NCBI GenBank assembly: GCA_024137785.1
Contig: JAHRHZ010000013.1
Coordinates: forward strand, 58,418,051 to 58,482,050
Direction: 5' to 3'
DNA length: 64,000 bases
Source of the DNA: Ginglymostoma cirratum
Lineage: Eukaryota
Below are positions 24,921-37,755 of this stretch, piece after piece (position 1 is the stretch's first letter; each line of letters starts with the position of its first letter). The notes below the pieces were generated by a model that saw only the letters and a list, made by a program, of their open reading frames with translations, was not told the DNA's origin and searched no databases. The position numbers and the translations under genes are program-made.

Positions 24921-25256
24921 GGGGAGGCAATGACCTAGTGGTATTATTGCTGGACTGTTAATCAAGAAACCCAGATAATGATCGAATCCTGTCCCGCCAG
25001 ATGGTGGAACTTGAATTCAATAAATACCTGGAATTAAGAATCTAATGATGACAGTGAATCCACTGTCAATTGTCGGGAAAAACCCATTTGGTTCATTAAT
25101 GCCCTTTAGGAAGGAAGCTGCCATTCTTACCTGGTCTGGCCTACATGTGACTCCGGACCGACAGCAATGTGGTTGCCCTCTGGGCAATTAGGGGTGGGCA
25201 TTAAATGCTGCCTGGTCAGTGATGCTCTCATCCCGTGAATTAATAAAGGAAAAAAA
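24921..25256 (+). mobile_element. tRNA-SINE family M, near full length
   Basis: gggaggcaatgacctagtgg head, conserved central block, tail gggcaattaggggtgggcattaaatgctgcctggtcagtgatgctctcatcccgtgaat plus A-rich end. Confidence 0.85.
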
Positions 25257-26864
25257 GAATAAAGGTAAGAAGCAATAACAGCAGCTTGCATTTATGTTGC
25301 CACATTAAGGTGGTAAAATATCTCAGCCAATTCTCAGGACAAAAATGAGATAAAATGTGACACCATACCCAAGACCAGTTAGGATATTTGCCTGGAAGCT
25401 TCAGCAAAGAGGTAGATTTAAAGATGGATATAAAAGGAGGAGAGAAAGGTGGAGAGGCAGAGAGGACTGGGGAAGGAATTACAGAGCTTCGGGTGAAGAT
25501 CCTTATGGACTATTGAGAGTTTGATGATTCACATATTGTTCACATACCAATAGAAAACTTTTAGAATGAGATGTTAATTTGGGCGCTTTTTAAAGAGTTA
25601 AGGGTACATCTAGTCAATGCAGCTACTACTCAACAAGTAAAAAAAAATGCAGGTCTTGTTTGAGCCTTGTTGATTTTGTTCTTACCTTCTGATATGATCA
25701 TGGCTGAAATGAAATACTCTTTGGTTGCATTGAAATTATCAGCATTTTACGTGGCCGTACTATGCTTCACAGAATGCTTTATGCTTTTATTTGGTCAGCG
25801 CAAAGTTCAGTCCTGTGAGCCAACACCAAATAGTGTTGAGAATAAGGATTCTTGCCAGTTCAATGTTAATTTGAGAAAGGCACATTAATGATAAGGTAAC
25901 CTTACCATTAAATTATGTTGTATAAAAATAATGTTTATTGTATTAAAAATAATGTTTTTACGCCTACAATAAATATACTCATAATGCATTCCCGTACTTG
26001 ATTCTATGGTACAGGTACAAATTGCATCTCCGATATTAATCAGACAGACGTTTTCGTTGTTTTCATAAAGAATGCTTATATATTTTTATTAGGCATTAAT
26101 ATTGCCTATTTTGCCAATCAGATAATTTGTTTGTGCAGTCGATTTGTCTAATAATCGGCTAATATATGTCCTGTAAACATTCTGAAATACATGAGTATTT
26201 TGAGTTACATTTTTAATGTAAATTTTACAGTCTTCTGTAATATTGCTCATTATAATTCTTCCTGAAATGTTTAGTCATAATAACGCAAATTGTATTTTAA
26301 TGCTAGTCAATTTAACACATTTTCATTTAACATTCAAACTTGAAATGTAATATTAAAATGCCTGAGCACTAAGCAATTAGCATTTCTCTTCCCATTAAAG
26401 ATCCAGATAGGGAATTATTAAAATAATAGCCTTAATCACAGCTCATATGCTTTTATGGTAAATAATGTGTGTGTTTTTCTATTAGCTTGCCATTTCTCTT
26501 TGCTGATTTTATTCATGATATTGAGCTTACAATGTGACTTATAGAAAATAACTCATAACTTAAAGTTATGTAGGTATGAATGTGTTTTGTACTTGAATGA
26601 AATACTAAATTGTATAAATCACTTTCTGTAACCAAAGGAACTCATTTTAAGAAAGTAGATTTGAATAGTCGTGCAATATAATTGTCAGTAGACCAACTTG
26701 TATTGAATTCCTGGTGTTCTCATTTAATTTAACATGTTTCCTAATTTTACAGCAAGAAGATAAACATTGATGAACTATTAAAATGCACTCTCAGCTTTCT
26801 GATGTTTTGACCTAAGAACATTTCTGGGGGGAAAACAAGCAAATGCAACTATGCAACTAAACCC

Positions 26865-27500
26865 TGAAATGTATAATATTCTTAGGTGACTTAATAGGGT
26901 AGATATTGAGGGGTTATTTCCCGTTGTGAGAGAAACCAGAGAACATTATCTCAGAGTGAAGGGTTGTTCATTTAAGAGAGAGATGAGGGGAAATTTCTGC
27001 TCTCGGAGGGTAGTCAATCTGTGAAATTCTTCACCACAAAGAGCTGTAGAGGTTCAGTTGTTAAGTGTATTCAAGGCTAAGACAGACAAATTTTTAATCA
27101 GTAAGGAAATCAATGATTGTGGGGAAAAAAACAATATAATACAGTTGAGGTAACAAAGTGTGGAGTTGGAGGAGCACAGCAGGCCAGACAGCATTAGAGG
27201 AACAGGAAAGCTGACGTTTTGGGTCAGGACCCATCTTCAGAAATCTGAAATCAGAAATTCTTCAGATTCCTGAAGAAGGGTCCCGACCTGAAACGTCAAC
27301 TTTTCTGTTCTTCTGATGCTGCCTGGCCTGCTGTGCTCCTCCAGCTCCACACTTTGTTATCTCTGACTCCAGCATCTGCAGTTCTTGCTATCTCAATAAT
27401 ACAGTTGAGGATTGTCCGATCAGCCATGATCTCATTGAATAGCAGAGCAGATCAATGGGCTGAACGGCTTACCTCTGCTGCTATGCCTAAGGTCTCATAG
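26865..27500 (+). mobile_element. CR1 3' end interrupted by an inverted Penelope-like pair
   Basis: CR1 C-terminal/3'UTR sequence like 8850-9166; resumes after 27395. Confidence 0.8.
27151..27395. mobile_element. Penelope-like family A inverted pair with hammerhead cores
   Basis: Two ~95-bp arms in inverted orientation. TSD ataatacagttgagg on both sides. Plus-strand core CTGAAGA-A-GGGTC-CC-GACCT-GAAA-CG-TC at 27270-27297. Confidence 0.85.
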
Positions 27501-28421
27501 GTACATTTTATGCCTGTACAGATTTATTTCAAACTCCTTAGAAGTTGACGCTTGATGTTCTCTATGCAATGTGATTGGCCTAAGATATCATTTTGATTTA
27601 TAATTTAGAATGACAGCTACTCCTGAATATATAAAGTAAAACAATAATGCTGTCATAACAATTTATGTTCAGGTTGAAGAATGTGATAAAGTGGTAAGGT
27701 AATAAATGCTTCACTATGTTATTAGAAGCATTGGTCCTCATTCATGAATACATATCAAAAAGCAACTGTGAATAAAATTTCTGTGATTTATTTATCTTAG
27801 AATACAAATGGTTTTTAAGCCACTGGTAACTAGCACTTGAAAAAGAAAGTTTATGATTTTCAATAACATATATGAACAACGGAGCTGGAATTTTCATCCC
27901 TGCTATGCCCCATAGATGTCTGCCATTAGGGGTAACAGTGAAATATTGCATAAGTCTACAACTTGATCTCTTCTTTTACTGCACATGACATGTAATTCAG
28001 AATGTCAAATCAACATCCAGAAATCTCCAGATGGTGAGAAGGGGGAACTTCATTAAATATAGAAATGGAGTTTCAGATGACACCAAATAGATGTGTCCTT
28101 TGATTCTTGGCTGCTGCCCCAGATCTGGAGTCATTCATCAATAATTTCACACTACAGCATTGCTAATTAACAGTTGTAGATGCTTAGAAGGCCAGAAGGA
28201 AACAAAATATTAGCTTTGATGCTTTGTAAGTGTCTTTGTATTTTGTATCAAGCTTCTATATCAGTTTGTTATTGGAAAGGTTTCTTCACATACCATCTTC
28301 CGTATATGTTCCTGAAGTATCGACTATGGGTTTCCCTCTGGAAATCGAGTTATTATTACACTTTTGGGAGGAAGAAAAGAGGATCACTTGAAGATTGCCA
28401 AATTAAGGCAGCATCATGGAA

Positions 28422-28782
28422 GGCACGTATTGGCTCAGCGGTTAACACTGCTGTCTCACAGCCCCAGGGGCACGGGTTCAATTCCAGCCTAGAGTGACTG
28501 TTTGGAGTTTGCACATTTTTCTCCTCGTGTCTGCGTGTGTTTTCACCGGGTGCTCCAGTTTCCTCCCACAGCCCAAAGATGTGCAGGTTAGGTGGATCAA
28601 CTGTGCTTAATTGCCTATAATCCCCAGGGCTGTGCAGATTATCTGGATTAGCCATGGGAAATGCGGGGTTACAGGGACGGGGTTGGGGGCTGGGGCTGGA
28701 TCTGGATAGAATCCTCTTCGGACGGTCGGTTCATTCTTAATGGGTTGAATGGTCCCTTTCCACACTGTAGGGAATCTATGAT
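28422..28782 (+). mobile_element. HE1-like V-SINE
   Basis: tRNA head (tggctcagcggtt / ggttcaattcc), V-domain ggagtttgcacatt...tttcctcccaca.ccaaaga, CR1-like tail ctgtagggaatctatgat. Confidence 0.88.
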
Positions 28783-29299
28783 TTGATTGGACTTACTGAA
28801 CCTTTCTACCTAGCAACCTAGACAGTGGTGGACTTAGCTGAATTGTCATGAGGAATCCTGGGTGCATCCATACAGTACTTAATCTCAGATTTGGCCTGTC
28901 ACTGCTAGTGCCAATGAAGCTAATTTCACTCCTTTCATTTCTTGTCTCAAGTTAATTGCAGGCATGGGGAGGAAACCTAAAAAAGCCAAAAATGGAAAAA
29001 TTCTCTCATGTCCATTCTCTGTTGCATTGTATCTACTTCATCAACCATAAAGTGGAGTGTTGCTAGAGGAATGCCATTCTATCACGTACCCCAGACTCCA
29101 CTTGCTACACCCTGTTTGGTTCTCCATTTTGTTTGATTTTGACAACTTTCATCACCGTCCCTGTTCAACCTTGAGGAAAACTCAAAACAGATCTAAATGC
29201 TTTACAAAACTTATCAAAAATGTGGAAGAACCTATCACTCCCCACCCCTCAATTCAACCACTTAGTTTTTAGTCATCCAAGTCCTATAATCTCCACCAT

Positions 29300-29437
29300 A
29301 CAGTTTTGAGGAAGGGTCATCAGACCTGAAACGTTAACTCTGTTTTTTCCTTCACAGATGCTGCCAGACCTGCTGAACTTTTTCAGCAGTTTTGTTTTTG
29401 TTCCTGATTCACAGCATCCGCAGTTCTTTCAGTTCTT
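29300..29437 (+). mobile_element. Penelope-like family B copy
   Basis: cagtt-TTGAGGA-A-GGGTC-ATCA-GACCT-GAAA-CG-TT-aactctg (core C3 mutated) followed by the family tail. Confidence 0.8.
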
Positions 29438-29966
29438 GTAACTTCCATGTTCCTTCATGAAGTAACGGCAATGAGAGCTGCAAAATCGTTACGGAAATTA
29501 GTTGACCCAGAAAACGTTATGCTCAGTCAGCACAGTACAATTCTGTTAGATTTCCAATGTACCTTAAACACTTTGGACTAGTATCTTTCGGATCTGAGAA
29601 TCTACTCATATAAATTAATCAGAGGCAATTTTCTTTCTCTCAGATGGAGAATCTATATAAACTGAGGATTGGTACATTTTAATTATTGTTTGATTCTAAG
29701 ATACATTCTGGAATAAGGTGGCAGATTTTTAAGGTAGTGATACTCATGGACCTATTTCTGAACCTTGAATATGGCATCCTAATTTCCATAGGGTTAAATT
29801 GGTCAGGAGCCCTCCTTATATAAACTAATCTGCCTGCTGGAGGTAGCCCAACTGGTGAGGCTGGAAGAGGAATCCTTTGGCATTTTTGGCTTTTAAACTC
29901 TGTTGCTTTTCATTTAAGAGGTAAAGGAAGTCATGGCAGCTTCTCCTAGAAGTCAGTAGTCCAAAG

Positions 29967-30135
29967 CAAAAACAGAAATTGCTGGAGAAGCTCAGCAAGT
30001 GTGGCATAATCCGTGAGGAAAAAACAGAGTTAACATTTTGAGTCCAGTGACCCTTCTTCAGAACAAATGAAGAGTTTCTCCAGCAATTTCTGTTTTTGTT
30101 TCAGATCTCCAGCATCTTCAGTGTTTTGTTTTATA
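29967..30135. mobile_element. Penelope-like family B inverted insertion
   Basis: 14-bp TSD tcagtagtc(c/t)aaag; arms in opposite orientation. Confidence 0.82.
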
Positions 30136-30831
30136 TCAGTAGTCTAAAGGTTTTGTACTTTCAAAATCAAGTAAAACTCAGCCGAAGCAATCGGTAACAC
30201 AGATCCAAAATATTCCCTTTGCCAAATCTGACATGACATTAATGAATGTGGCTTTCCTATAGATAACATTGCTTCAACAAGCTTTCTGACTGTTAGCACC
30301 CTGTGTTGCCCTGCAAGTATATGAATGACTGAATATAATATTTACAGATATCAGGATCTTACATCAAACGCAGGAACCCACTGACACATTAATGAGGAGA
30401 TATTCATCCTTGACAGCTACTCAGGATGCCTCGTGCATCTTAAGCACATTATGCCAGTGATCACCTTTTTAATTCACTTGATGAGTTGTATTTCCTCAAT
30501 TTAATTGTTTAGTGGAACCTTGATTCTGTACTCAAAATTAAGTTTGTGCTTCTTTCTATCCTATGATTTGATATAAAACACATTAATAGCATGGATATTT
30601 GGCAATTTCACAAATAGTCTACATTTTTTTTCCTTTAAAAATGGGAGGCCATGTAGCTCAAGAAATGGCAGTGCTGCCTCTGGGTTCAATCCCACTCCAC
30701 AACTTGTTTGTGTTTGTAAGTGCTCATAAAGCAGGTTGGTAAAGAGCTTGCTAATTCTTTAAAAATTCCCCACTATTACTCAAATTAGGAGAAAAATTAT
30801 GTATATAGACATGAAATTTTTTTTTTAAATA

Positions 30832-31123
30832 TTAGAATCCCTATGGTATGGAAACAGGACCTTCAGCCCAACAAGTCCACACCAACCCTTGGAGCATCCC
30901 ACCCAGACCCATCCCCTGATAACCCACACACCCCTGAACACTATGGGCAATTTAGCACAGCCAATCCATCTAGCCTGCACATCTTTGGACTGTGGGAGGA
31001 AACCCATGCAGACACAGGGAGAATACACAAACTCTGCCCAGACAGTCACCTGGTGCTGGAATCAAACCCAGGTCCCTGGTGCTGCAAGGCTGCAGTGCTA
31101 ACCACTGAGCCACTGTGCCACCC
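30832..31123 (-). mobile_element. HE1-like V-SINE
   Basis: Reverse complement of the 35729-36052 type element. Confidence 0.88.
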
Positions 31124-31194
31124 TGTTGCATTGTTAAAATATGATTCCACCTCTATAAATTGTTTGCCATCATTTTCATTTTATTCATAGTCTA

Positions 31195-31460
31195 CATGCA
31201 ATCCAAAATAATTAGCTTGCATAAAATATTTCCTGAGCAGAGAAATACAATTGCTGCTGCAATTTTCACTAATAAAACTGTTCAGATGGCAGTTGATTCA
31301 TTCTGTCCACCTGAAAAATTGAGTTTGGGCTTTGGTTTAATCTCTCATCCAAGAGGCGGTACCTCCAATAGCACAGTATTAGCTTAATGCGTTCAAGTGT
31401 CAGTCTAGATTGAGATTTGAAATCACAATGTTCTAGCCTGGAGACAAACTGACTTATCTC
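31195..31460 (-). mobile_element. Old DeuSINE-like remnant
   Basis: ggtttaatctctcatccaagaggcggtacctccaatagcacagta...agtgtcagtctagatt resembles the AmnSINE1/SacSINE1-type body as recalled; not verified by search. Confidence 0.5.
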
Positions 31461-32276
31461 ATAAAAAGCACAAGTGTTTTCCTGGATACTTTGACCCAAG
31501 GAGAATTAAACCAAAGTAAGCAGATTGCAGCTTCCAAAGAATTCACAATGCATCATATTTCAGATTAGGAAATGTGGTCAATATTCACACTGAATAAATG
31601 TATATAATTCTACTTGAATTCAGCTGTAATTTGGATTCATTTGATAACTACAAATTAACAATTTAAATTTGGTAAAGACAAAGGCTAAATGTTTTTGCAG
31701 ATTGAAGCAAGATAAGACTTAGGAATAAAGTCAGCTATGCAAAACATAAATGATATAGATGTGAGTGTGTTTAAAAAAAATTGAATGAGAAAGAATTGTC
31801 AGAAAGACACCACATTTCGTCAGTTGTAGCATCTAATTATTTCTTTTGATCTGGTGTTGACTCTTCCGCCACACTATTTTCAAGCCCCTTCCATATATTT
31901 ATCCCTTTTATTTTAGAATCAGTGCCTCTTTCCCTCCTTATCTCATTTTCTCACTATAATCTAAACTAATATCCCATATTTGCCTTTTCTATTCTTGCCA
32001 TAGTATGTGCTATTTTTTATGATTCTGTGAGATATCTCTTTCCCAGACTGATTTACTGAAGTCTCAATATCTTTCATTGACGCTCATATCCTTGATGAAA
32101 AGATTAGCCTTCTGGTTTTTCTCTGCATTTGATATTTCATTCGTTTGCTACCAGACCTGCTGAGCTTTTCCAGCAATTTCTATTTTTGTTTTTGTTTCTG
32201 ATTATCAGCATCTACAGTTCTTTTGGTTTTCTGACCATTCTAATCTTGTCCTGTAACTCCTCTTTCCATTTCATAA

Positions 32277-33340
32277 AACATAGAACATAGAACAGTACAG
32301 CACAGGAACAGGCCTTCAGCCCACGATGTTGTGCTGAATGTGACGCCAAACTAAACTAATCCCTTCTGCCTGCTCTTGGTCCATATCCCTCCAACCTTGC
32401 ATATTCAATTGCTTATCACAAGTCCCCTAAACACCCCTATTCTATCTGCTTCCACCACCACCCCTAGCAGTGTGTTCCAGATTCCTACCACTCTCTGTAT
32501 AAACAATTTGCCCCTCACATCTCCTTTGAACTATCCCCTCTCACCTTAATAGCATGCCCCCTAGTTTTAAGCAATTCAACTCTGGGAAAAAGATTCTGAC
32601 CGTCAACCCTATCTGTGCATTGCAAAATTTTATAGACTTCTATCAGGTCTCCCCCCAGCCTCTGCCTTTCAGAGAAAACAACCTGAGTTTTTCTAGCCCC
32701 TCCTTATAGCTCATACCCTATAATCCAGGCAGCATCCTGGTGAACCTCTTCTGTACCCTCTCCAAAGCCCCCACATCCTTCCTATAATGTGGCAACCAGA
32801 ATTGAATGTAATACTTGAACTGTGGCCTAACCAAAGCCTTACAAAGTTGCAACATGACATCCTGACTCTTGTTCTCAGTGCCCCGACCAATAAAGGCAAG
32901 CATGCCATGCGCCTTCTTTACCATCCTATCTACTTGCATGGTCACTTTCAGGGAGCTATGGACTTGAATCCCAAGATGCCTCAGTATATCAATGCTGTTC
33001 AGGGTCCTGCCATTAACTGTATACTTTTCCTAAACATTTGATCTCCTAAAGTGCAGCACCTCACACTTATCTGAGTTAAACTTCATCTGCCATGTCTCCA
33101 CCCATAGCTGCAACTGATCTATATCCCACTGTATTCTTTGACAATCTTCCACACTATCCATAACTCCACTGATCATTGTATCATCTGCAAACTTACAAAC
33201 CCACCCATCTTCATTTTCATCCAAGTCATTTATATATATCACAAACAGCAGAGGTCCCAGTACGAATCCCCGTGGAGCACCTCTAGCCATAGACCTCCAG
33301 CCTGAAAAACACACCTCCATCACTACTCTCTGCCTTCTAT
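32277..33340 (-). mobile_element. CR1 LINE RT + 3' end
   Basis: GFVLGPLLFVIYINDLD...KFADDT (ORF 33030-33392) and LVRPQFKYYIQFWLPHYRKD; (ctatgtt)n tail. Confidence 0.93.
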
Positions 33341-33769
33341 GTTCGCTCTTCATATTGTTTGATTCCAAAAATCGCAAAATGCCTGTCTCCATGAACCATA
33401 ATTAAATTTCATAATGTCACATTCACAATCTTCTCAGGTGGAAAATTCCAAAGGTTAACAGTGTTTGATTGAATAAGTTTCTTCACATCTTTGTCTTCAA
33501 TAAATATCCACTTGTTCCCCTTGCTCTGGATTCTCCAGTCAGGGGAAACAATGTCTCAGCATCTATCTTATCAAATCACTTTATAATCATGAATATTTTC
33601 ATGAGATGCCATGAGAGTTAGCTCAACGCCACTCGTCGGATAAATCCTGTTGTTTAGGAAGTCTTTCTTATAACATTCTGCTTGTCCAACAGAACCATCT
33701 GAGATGTCTTGGATATAATCACTGGCATAAATCCTTCTTCTTGGTCTTAGTCTAAGTTACTATACTCGA

Positions 33770-34286
33770 TGGGATAGTGGTGGTCTTGTGGTATCATCGC
33801 TGGACTGTTAATCCAGTGACCATGGCAATGTTCCAGGGACCTGGGTTTGAATTCTGCTGCAGCAGATAGTGGAATTTGGATTCTGGAATTAAGAATCTAA
33901 TGATGATCGTGAGTCAATTGTCTGAAAGCCCATCTGGTTTGTTAATGACCTTCAGGGGAGGATATCCACCATCCTTGGGTCTGGTAGCATCTGTGAAGGA
34001 AAAAACTGAGGAAGGGTACGGACCTGAAATATTAACTCTGTTTTTTTCCCTTTACAGATGCTGCCAGACCTGCTGAGCTTTTCCAGCAACTTCTGTTTTT
34101 GTTCTTGATTTACAGCATCCACAGTTCTTTTGGTTTTTATCTGCCGTCCTTACCTGGCCTGGATTACATGTGACTCCAGACTCCAGCAATGTGGTTGACT
34201 CTTAACTGTCCTCAGGGCAATTAGGGATGGGCAATAAATACTGCCTAGCCAGTGGCACCCTCATTCTGTAAATGAATAAAGAAAAA
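33770..34286 (+). mobile_element. tRNA-SINE family M interrupted at about 33978-34138 by a Penelope-like family B insertion
   Basis: SINE is collinear across the insertion; degenerate TSD atccaccatcctt / atctgccgtcctt. Confidence 0.82.
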
Positions 34287-35728
34287 TAACTAATGGAAAA
34301 TTAGGAAGAATGCCCACACAAACTCTTTGATGAAGTTAGATTAAATCTTAATGAACAGAATTAATTTATTACGTAAGACTTAATAGTTAATTTCATTACA
34401 TCTGAGAGACATGACAGCCTCTTGTGAGACATCGAGCTATACTCAAGAATACAGCTCAACTTAGAGACATTTGAACACCACCTACCAAGAACAGTCCTTT
34501 GTATCCTGATGGTGGATTTTATTTGTGATATGAGTTAATCTTTTCTGGTACTAACTGCTTATATCAAAGTTTCAATGTTGTATTTGGAAAAGCATAGTAT
34601 AGTTAGAGGCTAACTGGCCTTCATTCCTTGTTTTCTCTTTCCCTCCTTTCTTGAATAACAGTGTTATACTTGCTGACCTTTTCAAAACCAGAGCAAGCAC
34701 AATCTCAGCAATTACCTGTTTTAAACTGTCACTTCCTAGGGATTTGTTGGATTTTAGTTACGAGTTTCTTCAGTTGTTCACATTATTTGGGTTCTTTTAA
34801 CTGTTGCTCATCATTGGTTGGATAAGTCAGTCATCAATTCTATCTAAACCCCTAGGGCTGTTTAGCTTTTGTTCTTAGTCCACAAATTACGCATGAAAAA
34901 GCTATATAGATTTAAGGGTTTACGTAGGAAGATTAATTTATATATCTTCAGTTTGTGTCTAATTTTTACACTTTCTTTATATTTGAAGCGTATTTGCAGC
35001 TCTCAATTCAGTAACAATGTTTATTTAAAGCCGTATGGTTTAGATATAAATTTGTAATTTCAAAACCTTGAAGATAAAAATCACCCGTATTAGTGGAATT
35101 TGCATTTCAGTTAATACAGTTCACATTCTATTTACCAGTTTTGTTAGATTTTAAGCAATGAGTAAATCAAGTTTCATGGTTTGCACATTGTTGCAGTATA
35201 TAAAATTCTGAATATGTTTTGTATATTTTATGTCCAAATATATAAACACGTTACTTCTGTAAAAACCTTTTGACAGTCTTATGATTCATGGCTTTGCACA
35301 GTTGTGAGGTACCCTTTTTTGTGAGCAATGTTATTTTAACCTTATTCATAGACAGATCATTAGCTTGACTTTACCATTATTTGCAAACATGTATTCAGCA
35401 TTTGCCTTTAAACTCAAAACAGTGACGCTTAGCAGCTTTTGGTGTGGTAGCTCCTGATAGTTTCCAATGGTATTTTTTGCAGCTAATAGATAGTTTTGAG
35501 AGATGGTTTCATATATACAAATGAAAGACTGTTTTTTCTTGGATGGTGTTGGCCTCAATGAAGGGCAACACTGACTTGCTCTGACGCCAAATTCTATGCC
35601 ATCCTAGCAACTAATGAATGGCTGTCGGGGCTCACATCCCTTTTAGGGTCAGAGCCGCTTCCAAGAGTTGAAAGTCAATCAGAGGGCTGGCAGCTCCAAA
35701 GTCCCAACACCATCACCAGCAGTGATCT

Positions 35729-36052
35729 GGGTGGCACGGTGGCACAGTGGTTAGCACTGCTGCCTCACAGCGCCAGGGACCTGGGTTCGATTCCACCCTC
35801 AGGCGACTGTCTGTGTGGAGTTTGCACATTCTCCCCGTGTCTGCGTTGGTTTCCTCCGGGTGCTCTGGTTTCCTCCCACAGTCCAAAGATGTGCAGGTTA
35901 GGTTGTTTGGCTGTGCTAAATTGCCCGTAGTGTTCAGGGAGGTGTAGATTAGGTGTGTGTTATAGGGGGATGGGTCTGGGTGGGATGCTCTGAGGTTTGA
36001 CGTGGGTTTGTTGGGCCGAAGGGCCTGTTTCCACACTGTAGAGATTCTATGA
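35729..36052 (+). mobile_element. HE1-like V-SINE, full length
   Basis: gggtggcacggtggcacagtggttagcactgctgcctcacagcgccagggacctgggttcgattcc head, V-domain, gattctatgat tail. Confidence 0.92.
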
Positions 36053-37117
36053 TCTCTGCTTGAACTGACCTAGTTGCGAGACTCACTGATGGACTCCAGC
36101 CTTGCAGAAAGATAATTGGAGCTGGAGGTTACCATGAATAGTCAGTCACACCCAGCCAGCAGTTTGGTTGGTATAACCAGGCAAGTGAAGTATTACTACA
36201 TAACTGGACCCGGCCGCTCCTCTGTGGGACACAGGGTTACTGAAATTGGACAGGCCTGTCCGAAACACACAGAGTGCTGATCAGGGACTGTCATGAAGTC
36301 TCCCCACAGGATGCAAGGTCCATTTAATGCTGGTAAAATGTCAGTCATTACAACAAGAGGCCACTTAAGCCATCTTCTCAAAGGCAATTAGAGGTTGTAA
36401 TAGATATTGACCGTGACAAGTGATGCTTACAACATGGAATACAGTGGAGAATTTGTTGGTTGGGGACACTTAAACAGGGTGGTGGGCAGGCATTACCTTC
36501 CTATTGTTTTCTTGTGGTGTCCCGGGGAGGAGGGTTGGGTTTGGGTATTGGGAAATGAGCCAGTCAGTGGATAACTCTTTCACTATCCAGCAGTTTTAAG
36601 CAGGCAGGAGATCTGCCTTGGGTAAGCCTGTTGATTACTTGCCTGACTGGATGTCTTTTTCAAAGAGAGGTAATGAGGCTTTCATCGACACTCCTGTCAC
36701 CTCCACAAGATTCCATCTGTGATCTCTAATGGTTATTTTATAATGATGAATCCATGTTCTCGAGTCATTTGAATTAAATAATAACTAATATTAAAGCCTG
36801 TCTTTCATTCAGAGAGCTATACAATGGCTATTATAATGAGCTGTGTTGTAAGTTATGCTCATTTAAAAATTCTGGAGTAATTCCTCCTGTCTCTGGGAGT
36901 CCCCACCATTGGAAACATCTCTCCGAAATGTGCAAATAGAATGCTAACAATTTTTTTGACCATTATTTTAAATTATTAGAAAAAATATGTGCAGTGGGCA
37001 GGAATTCTAGTTTGATCTCTTAAGAAGTGAATGTCCCCATGCAGAGCATCAAGTGATAACCTTTTTTCTCAGTTTATTGTTTAATTAGTAGAAATGGTCA
37101 ATAATAATGACCCTTGT

Positions 37118-37258
37118 ATCAGAGATAATAGGTACTGCAGATGCTGGAGAATCCGAGATAACAAGGTGTGGAGCTGGATGAGCACAGCAGGCCAAGCAGC
37201 ATCACAGGAGCAGGAAAGCTTGACGTTTCGGGCCTAGACCCTTCATCAGAAATGATCA
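37118..37258 (-). mobile_element. Penelope-like family A copy with intact hammerhead core
   Basis: Perfect 20-bp TSD tcaataataatgacccttgt (37098-37117, 37259-37278). Minus strand attt-CTGATGA-A-GGGT-CTAG-GCCC-GAAA-CG-TC-aag. Confidence 0.87.
37218..37253 (-). ncRNA. Putative minimal type-I hammerhead ribozyme
   Basis: All core nucleotides present (CUGAUGA, GAAA, GUC triplet), 4-bp stem II, palindromic ACGU in place of helix III, weak 3-bp helix I. Activity untested. Confidence 0.65.
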
Positions 37259-37489
37259 TCAATAATAATGACCCTTGTTGCTTGTTAATCGTAAATCTCA
37301 CCCAGATGATTTGAGATCTCTTCAGATGTTTTCCCTTTAGGTTCCCCTTGAATTATAAATCACTTGTCACATCCCAACTGGAAGGATAGATGAATGTCAA
37401 TGCCCTGGGTGGAGCAGAGGAGATTTACTGAAAAAGTGCCAGGAATTCAGGAAATTTAGTTACATGGAGAAACTAGGGATATTTGGGTT

Positions 37490-37680
37490 AGCAAGATGTA
37501 GAGCTGGATGAACACAGCCAAGCAGTATCAGAGGAGCAGGAAAGCTGATGTTTTGCGTCTGGACCCTTCTTCAGAAATGGGGGAGGGGAAGGGATTTCTG
37601 AAATAAATAGAGAGGGGGGAGGCAGATGGAAGATGGATAAAGGAGCAGATAGGTGGAGAGGAGACGGACAGCTCAAAGCT
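37490..37680 (-). mobile_element. Penelope-like family A copy with longer purine-rich pLTR segment
   Basis: Flanked by tatttgggtta repeats; core degenerate (GAAA>AAAA). Confidence 0.75.
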
Positions 37681-37755
37681 ATTTGGGTTATTTGGGTTGT
37701 TATGTTATCATGTTATTATTTATCACAAAGGGAGTTGAGTACAAACGTAAGTACA

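Noticed and set aside
35729-35810. tRNA gene (A and B boxes)
   Set aside because: It is the tRNA-derived head of a V-SINE with several copies in the window; no complete cloverleaf evident.
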